From assembly GCA_943331145.2 (NCBI GenBank), contig CALQKL020000001.1, positions 1 through 54,850 on the forward strand: 54,850 bases of DNA, in the 5' to 3' direction. This DNA is from Chitinophaga pinensis. Its GTDB lineage: Bacteria; Bacteroidota; Bacteroidia; Chitinophagales; Chitinophagaceae. Of the stretch, positions 51,692 to 54,850 are shown one piece after another (the stretch's first letter is position 1; every line of letters starts with the position of its first letter). The position numbers were made by a program, and so were the translations under genes. Below the pieces are notes generated by a model. It was not told the DNA's origin. It did not search any database and saw only the letters and a program-made list of their open reading frames with translations.

Positions 51692-51726
51692 AAACCCCTT
51701 TCTTTTGGAAGGGGTTTTTTATTTTT
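51692..51726 (+). terminator. Intrinsic terminator of ftsZ/dcw
   Basis: AAACCCCTTTC-TTTT-GGAAGGGGTTT followed by a T tract. Confidence 0.9.
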
Positions 51727-51751
51727 TATCAAAAGATTAGATTTTCTCAAT

Positions 51752-51773
51752 AATGTAAATTATATTTGACATT
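51752..51773. promoter_or_regulatory. Palindromic operator overlapping a -7 promoter element
   Basis: AATGTAAATTATATTTGACATT (18/22 self-complementary) contains TATATTTG at 51761-51768. Confidence 0.6.
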
Positions 51774-51794
51774 TAGAAAAACAAACTTGTCAAA

Positions 51795-52211
51795 ATGGAA
51801 AGCAAAACAAACAACAACAAAGGCACTAGAATCCACAAGCATTTAAAAAAAATGGGGATTGGAATAATCTTAATCGCTTTATTAACAGGATTGATAATTA
51901 AGTTATTCCACATTGAAATGATACCAACTCAAAAAGCGTTTTTTAAAGCATTCACCATGAATGGCTTTATTCTGGGTTTACTATTTGTTGCCTTCGCTAA
52001 GGAAAAAATAGAAGATGAAATGATTGCCCAAATGAGGTTAAAAGCAATGGCACAAACATTCATCACGGCTGTGTTTTATGTAATTGTAAAGCCTTTTATA
52101 GATTTAGTTTTTAGGGATCCAATACAGGATGTAACCGGACAGTTTCTTGTATTATTCATGCTTTTGGGTTATCTATTAAATTACCATAGCCAAAAATTTA
52201 GTAACAGATGA
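51795..52211 (+). CDS. Four-TM membrane protein
   Basis: KEKIEDEMIAQMRLKA motif between TMs; overlaps the XRE gene (ATGA). Confidence 0.8.
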   Translation: MESKTNNNKGTRIHKHLKKMGIGIILIALLTGLIIKLFHIEMIPTQKAFFKAFTMNGFILGLLFVAFAKEKIEDEMIAQMRLKAMAQTFITAVFYVIVKPFIDLVFRDPIQDVTGQFLVLFMLLGYLLNYHSQKFSNR

Positions 52212-52408
52212 AGAACACATTAAAAGTGGAAAGGGCCAAGTTGAACATTACGCAGCAAGAATTAGCGGAAAAAGTAGGGGTATCTCGACAAACCATAAAT
52301 TCAATTGAATCAGAAAAATATGTTCCTTCTACACTATTGGCCATTAAGATTTCTGAAATATTTAAAACTACGGTCAATGAGATTTTTACATTAGAAAGTG
52401 GAGATTAA
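52208..52408 (+). CDS. XRE/Cro-like HTH transcriptional regulator
   Basis: TQQELAEKVGVSRQTINSIE..KYVPS. Confidence 0.95.
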   Translation: MKNTLKVERAKLNITQQELAEKVGVSRQTINSIESEKYVPSTLLAIKISEIFKTTVNEIFTLESGD

Positions 52409-52504
52409 AATAAAATAAATCGTTTATCGTTTTTTTATTGCAATTACTTTTACATTTGTGTACCAATTTATTTTACTTCAATAAGTTGTTGAAAATTCAC
52501 TTTC

Positions 52505-54535
52505 GTGGCCAATAATCATTCAATTAACAAAGTAACCGCAGCAGGCTTACTCATTGCATTAGGTATCATTTACGGTGATATCGGTACATCACCACTTTAC
52601 GTATTTAGCGCAGTTATCAATGGCAAACCCATTTCTGAGTTATTAATCTTGGGGGCAATCTCCTGTATTTTTTGGACGCTTACATTACAAACTACATTGA
52701 AGTATGTGATTTTAACTTTACAAGCGGATAACAAAGGGGAGGGTGGAATTTTCTCATTGTACACTTTAGTAAGAAGACAAAAAAAATGGTTGGTATTTCC
52801 TGCAATGTTAGGTGGCGCTGCACTTTTGGCCGATGGTATGATTACACCACCAATCTCAATTACTTCAGCCATTGAGGGGTTAAGAAACATTCCAGTTTTA
52901 CATGAAATCACCGAATCTACAATCATCATTATTGTAATTGGCATATTGTGTGTTTTGTTTTTTATGCAGCAATTTGGCACCAATTCAATTGGCAAAATGT
53001 TCGGTCCAATTATGTCGGTTTGGTTTTTAATGTTGGCTGTTTTAGGTATTTCGTATGTAGTTACCGATTTTACCATTTTAAAAGCTTTCAATCCTTATTA
53101 TGGTATAAAATTGTTAACCGTTTATCCTTCTGGTTTTTGGATTTTAGGTGCAATTTTTTTATGTACTACGGGAGCGGAAGCATTGTATAGCGACTTAGGT
53201 CATTGTGGTAGAGGCAATATTCGAATTTCCTGGATCTTTGTAAAAGCTTGTTTAATATTAAATTATCTTGGTCAAGGGGCATGGTTATTAAGCCAAAAAG
53301 GCGTTGTTTATGCCAATCAAGATTTAATCAAATTACCTGCGTTTCTTTCGAAATTTCCTGATGCGGTAAATATGCAAAATCCTTTTTACGCAATTATGCC
53401 AGATTGGTTTTTGTTATGGGGAATTATCATTGCTACCGCTGCTGCAATCATCGCTAGTCAGGCTTTAATTAGTGGTTCGTTTACGTTAATCAGTGAAGCC
53501 ATTCGATTGAATTTATGGCCTAAAATGAAAATCAATTATCCTACGGAAGCAAAAGGGCAATTGTTTATTCCAGGAATTAATACACTACTTTTTGTTGGAT
53601 GTTGCGCTATCGTTTTGTATTTCAAATCTTCAGGCGCAATGGAAGCGGCTTATGGATTGGCGATAACGTTGTGTATGCTAGCTACAACTGTTCTCTTCTC
53701 AAATTATCTTGTTTCAAAAAGAGTAAATCCAGCATTGATTTGGTTTTATCTTTTTGTGTATATCAGCATAGAGACTTGCTTTTTAATTGCAAATTTGGAG
53801 AAATTTCCACATGGTGGTTTTGTTACTTTAATTATTGCAGGCGGTTTGTTTTCTGTGATGTATATCTGGTATAGGGCTAGAAAAATTAAAGCTAGATATG
53901 TTGAGTTCGTTCGTGTTGAAGAGTATATTCCAAAAATTGAAGAATTGAGTAACGACAGCAGTGTTCCCAAATATGCTACCCACTTGGTTTATCTTACAAG
54001 TGCCAATAATCCCAAAGAGATTGAACACAAAATCATGTACAGCATTTTGCGCGGAAAACCCAAGCGTGCAGATATTTATTGGTTCGTACATGTACATACG
54101 TTAGATGATCCATATACCAGCGAATACACCGTAGAACACATTATTCCAAATGACATCATTCGTGTTGAATTTAGATTGGGTTTCAGAATTCAACCTCGTT
54201 TAAATTTAATGTTTAAAAAAGTGGTGGAAGATTTAGTTGCCAATCGCGAAGTAAACATTACAAGCCGTTACGAAAGTCAGCAAAGAAATAATATGGTGGG
54301 CGATTTTCAATTTATTGTAATGGAGAAATTCCTTAGTCAGGATAATGAACTTCCATTCTCTGAACATTTAATCATGCGCTTATATTTTTGGTTGAAAGAA
54401 TTAAGTGTTAGTGAAGAAAGAAGTTTTGGTTTAGAACAAAGCAATGTTGCTGTGGAAAAATTCCCGCTGGTAGTAGCCCCTGTTAGTAAGCTAAAATTAA
54501 ACCGTGTTTGGTTTAACGAAGAGGAAGAAGGGTAA
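52505..54535 (+). CDS. kup: KUP/HAK/KT potassium transporter
   Basis: YGDIGTSPLY, GEGG, ITPPIS, GAEALYSDLGH, AAYG; -7 element TACATTTG at 52451-52458. Confidence 0.97.
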   Translation: MANNHSINKVTAAGLLIALGIIYGDIGTSPLYVFSAVINGKPISELLILGAISCIFWTLTLQTTLKYVILTLQADNKGEGGIFSLYTLVRRQKKWLVFPAMLGGAALLADGMITPPISITSAIEGLRNIPVLHEITESTIIIIVIGILCVLFFMQQFGTNSIGKMFGPIMSVWFLMLAVLGISYVVTDFTILKAFNPYYGIKLLTVYPSGFWILGAIFLCTTGAEALYSDLGHCGRGNIRISWIFVKACLILNYLGQGAWLLSQKGVVYANQDLIKLPAFLSKFPDAVNMQNPFYAIMPDWFLLWGIIIATAAAIIASQALISGSFTLISEAIRLNLWPKMKINYPTEAKGQLFIPGINTLLFVGCCAIVLYFKSSGAMEAAYGLAITLCMLATTVLFSNYLVSKRVNPALIWFYLFVYISIETCFLIANLEKFPHGGFVTLIIAGGLFSVMYIWYRARKIKARYVEFVRVEEYIPKIEELSNDSSVPKYATHLVYLTSANNPKEIEHKIMYSILRGKPKRADIYWFVHVHTLDDPYTSEYTVEHIIPNDIIRVEFRLGFRIQPRLNLMFKKVVEDLVANREVNITSRYESQQRNNMVGDFQFIVMEKFLSQDNELPFSEHLIMRLYFWLKELSVSEERSFGLEQSNVAVEKFPLVVAPVSKLKLNRVWFNEEEEG

Positions 54536-54545
54536 ATTATTCACC

Positions 54546-54850
54546 ATGCAAACCATCTCGCCAAAAGAATTGTTTACTGCTTTAAATGAAGGTGCTGATA
54601 TGATGCTCATTGATGTACGTGAAGCATTCGAACACAATGCATTTAACATTGGTGGCACTTTAATTCCATTTCAAGAAATCCTGAATCATCATCAAATCAT
54701 ACATAAAAATACACCCGTCGTTTTTTACTGCGAAAAAGGTGTGAGAAGTCAAATTGCCATTCAACGGCTTGAGGAAAAATTTGGGTTTATAAATCTCATC
54801 AATTTAACGGGCGGCATGAGCGCTTGGAAAAAATCAATCAACAATAATGA
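54546..54850 (+). CDS. Rhodanese-like domain protein (runs off window end)
   Basis: Manual translation MQTISPKEL...IDVREAFE...VFYCEKGVRS...NLTGGMSAW. Confidence 0.9.
   Translation, partial: MQTISPKELFTALNEGADMMLIDVREAFEHNAFNIGGTLIPFQEILNHHQIIHKNTPVVFYCEKGVRSQIAIQRLEEKFGFINLINLTGGMSAWKKSINNN

Noticed and set aside
52409-52504. c-di-AMP riboswitch upstream of kup
   Set aside because: The spacer is under 100 bp, very AT-rich, and lacks the conserved stems.

Overview
AT-rich core chromosome of a Bacteroidota bacterium, probably Chitinophagaceae-like (TAnnTTTG-type promoters, A-rich leaders without Shine-Dalgarno sites, gldA, PSP1/RicT, dcw cluster without murF/ddl). It is mostly housekeeping genes: rsmA, pdxA, an ABC-2/LolA-like operon, radA, comF, holB, ricT, eno, nth, korA, dacB, dxs, class II RNR nrdJ, dtd, phoD, an orphan sensor kinase, the mraZ-ftsZ dcw operon and kup. 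I found no rRNA, tRNA, CRISPR array, prophage or transposase. The most interesting signal is non-coding and suggests an RNA-based control circuit for cell division. (1) A ~55-nt stand-alone candidate sRNA upstream of radA has a perfect 13-nt complement in the ftsZ translation-initiation region. (2) It also has complements in a structured 335-bp insert between mraY and murD and in the first codons of ftsA. (3) The GU-rich ftsZ 3' UTR is complementary over 17 bp (one bulge) to the ftsA translation-initiation region. (4) DnaA-box matches lie upstream of the sRNA, nrdJ and mraZ. The base pairings are read directly from the sequence; all regulatory interpretation is inference and untested.
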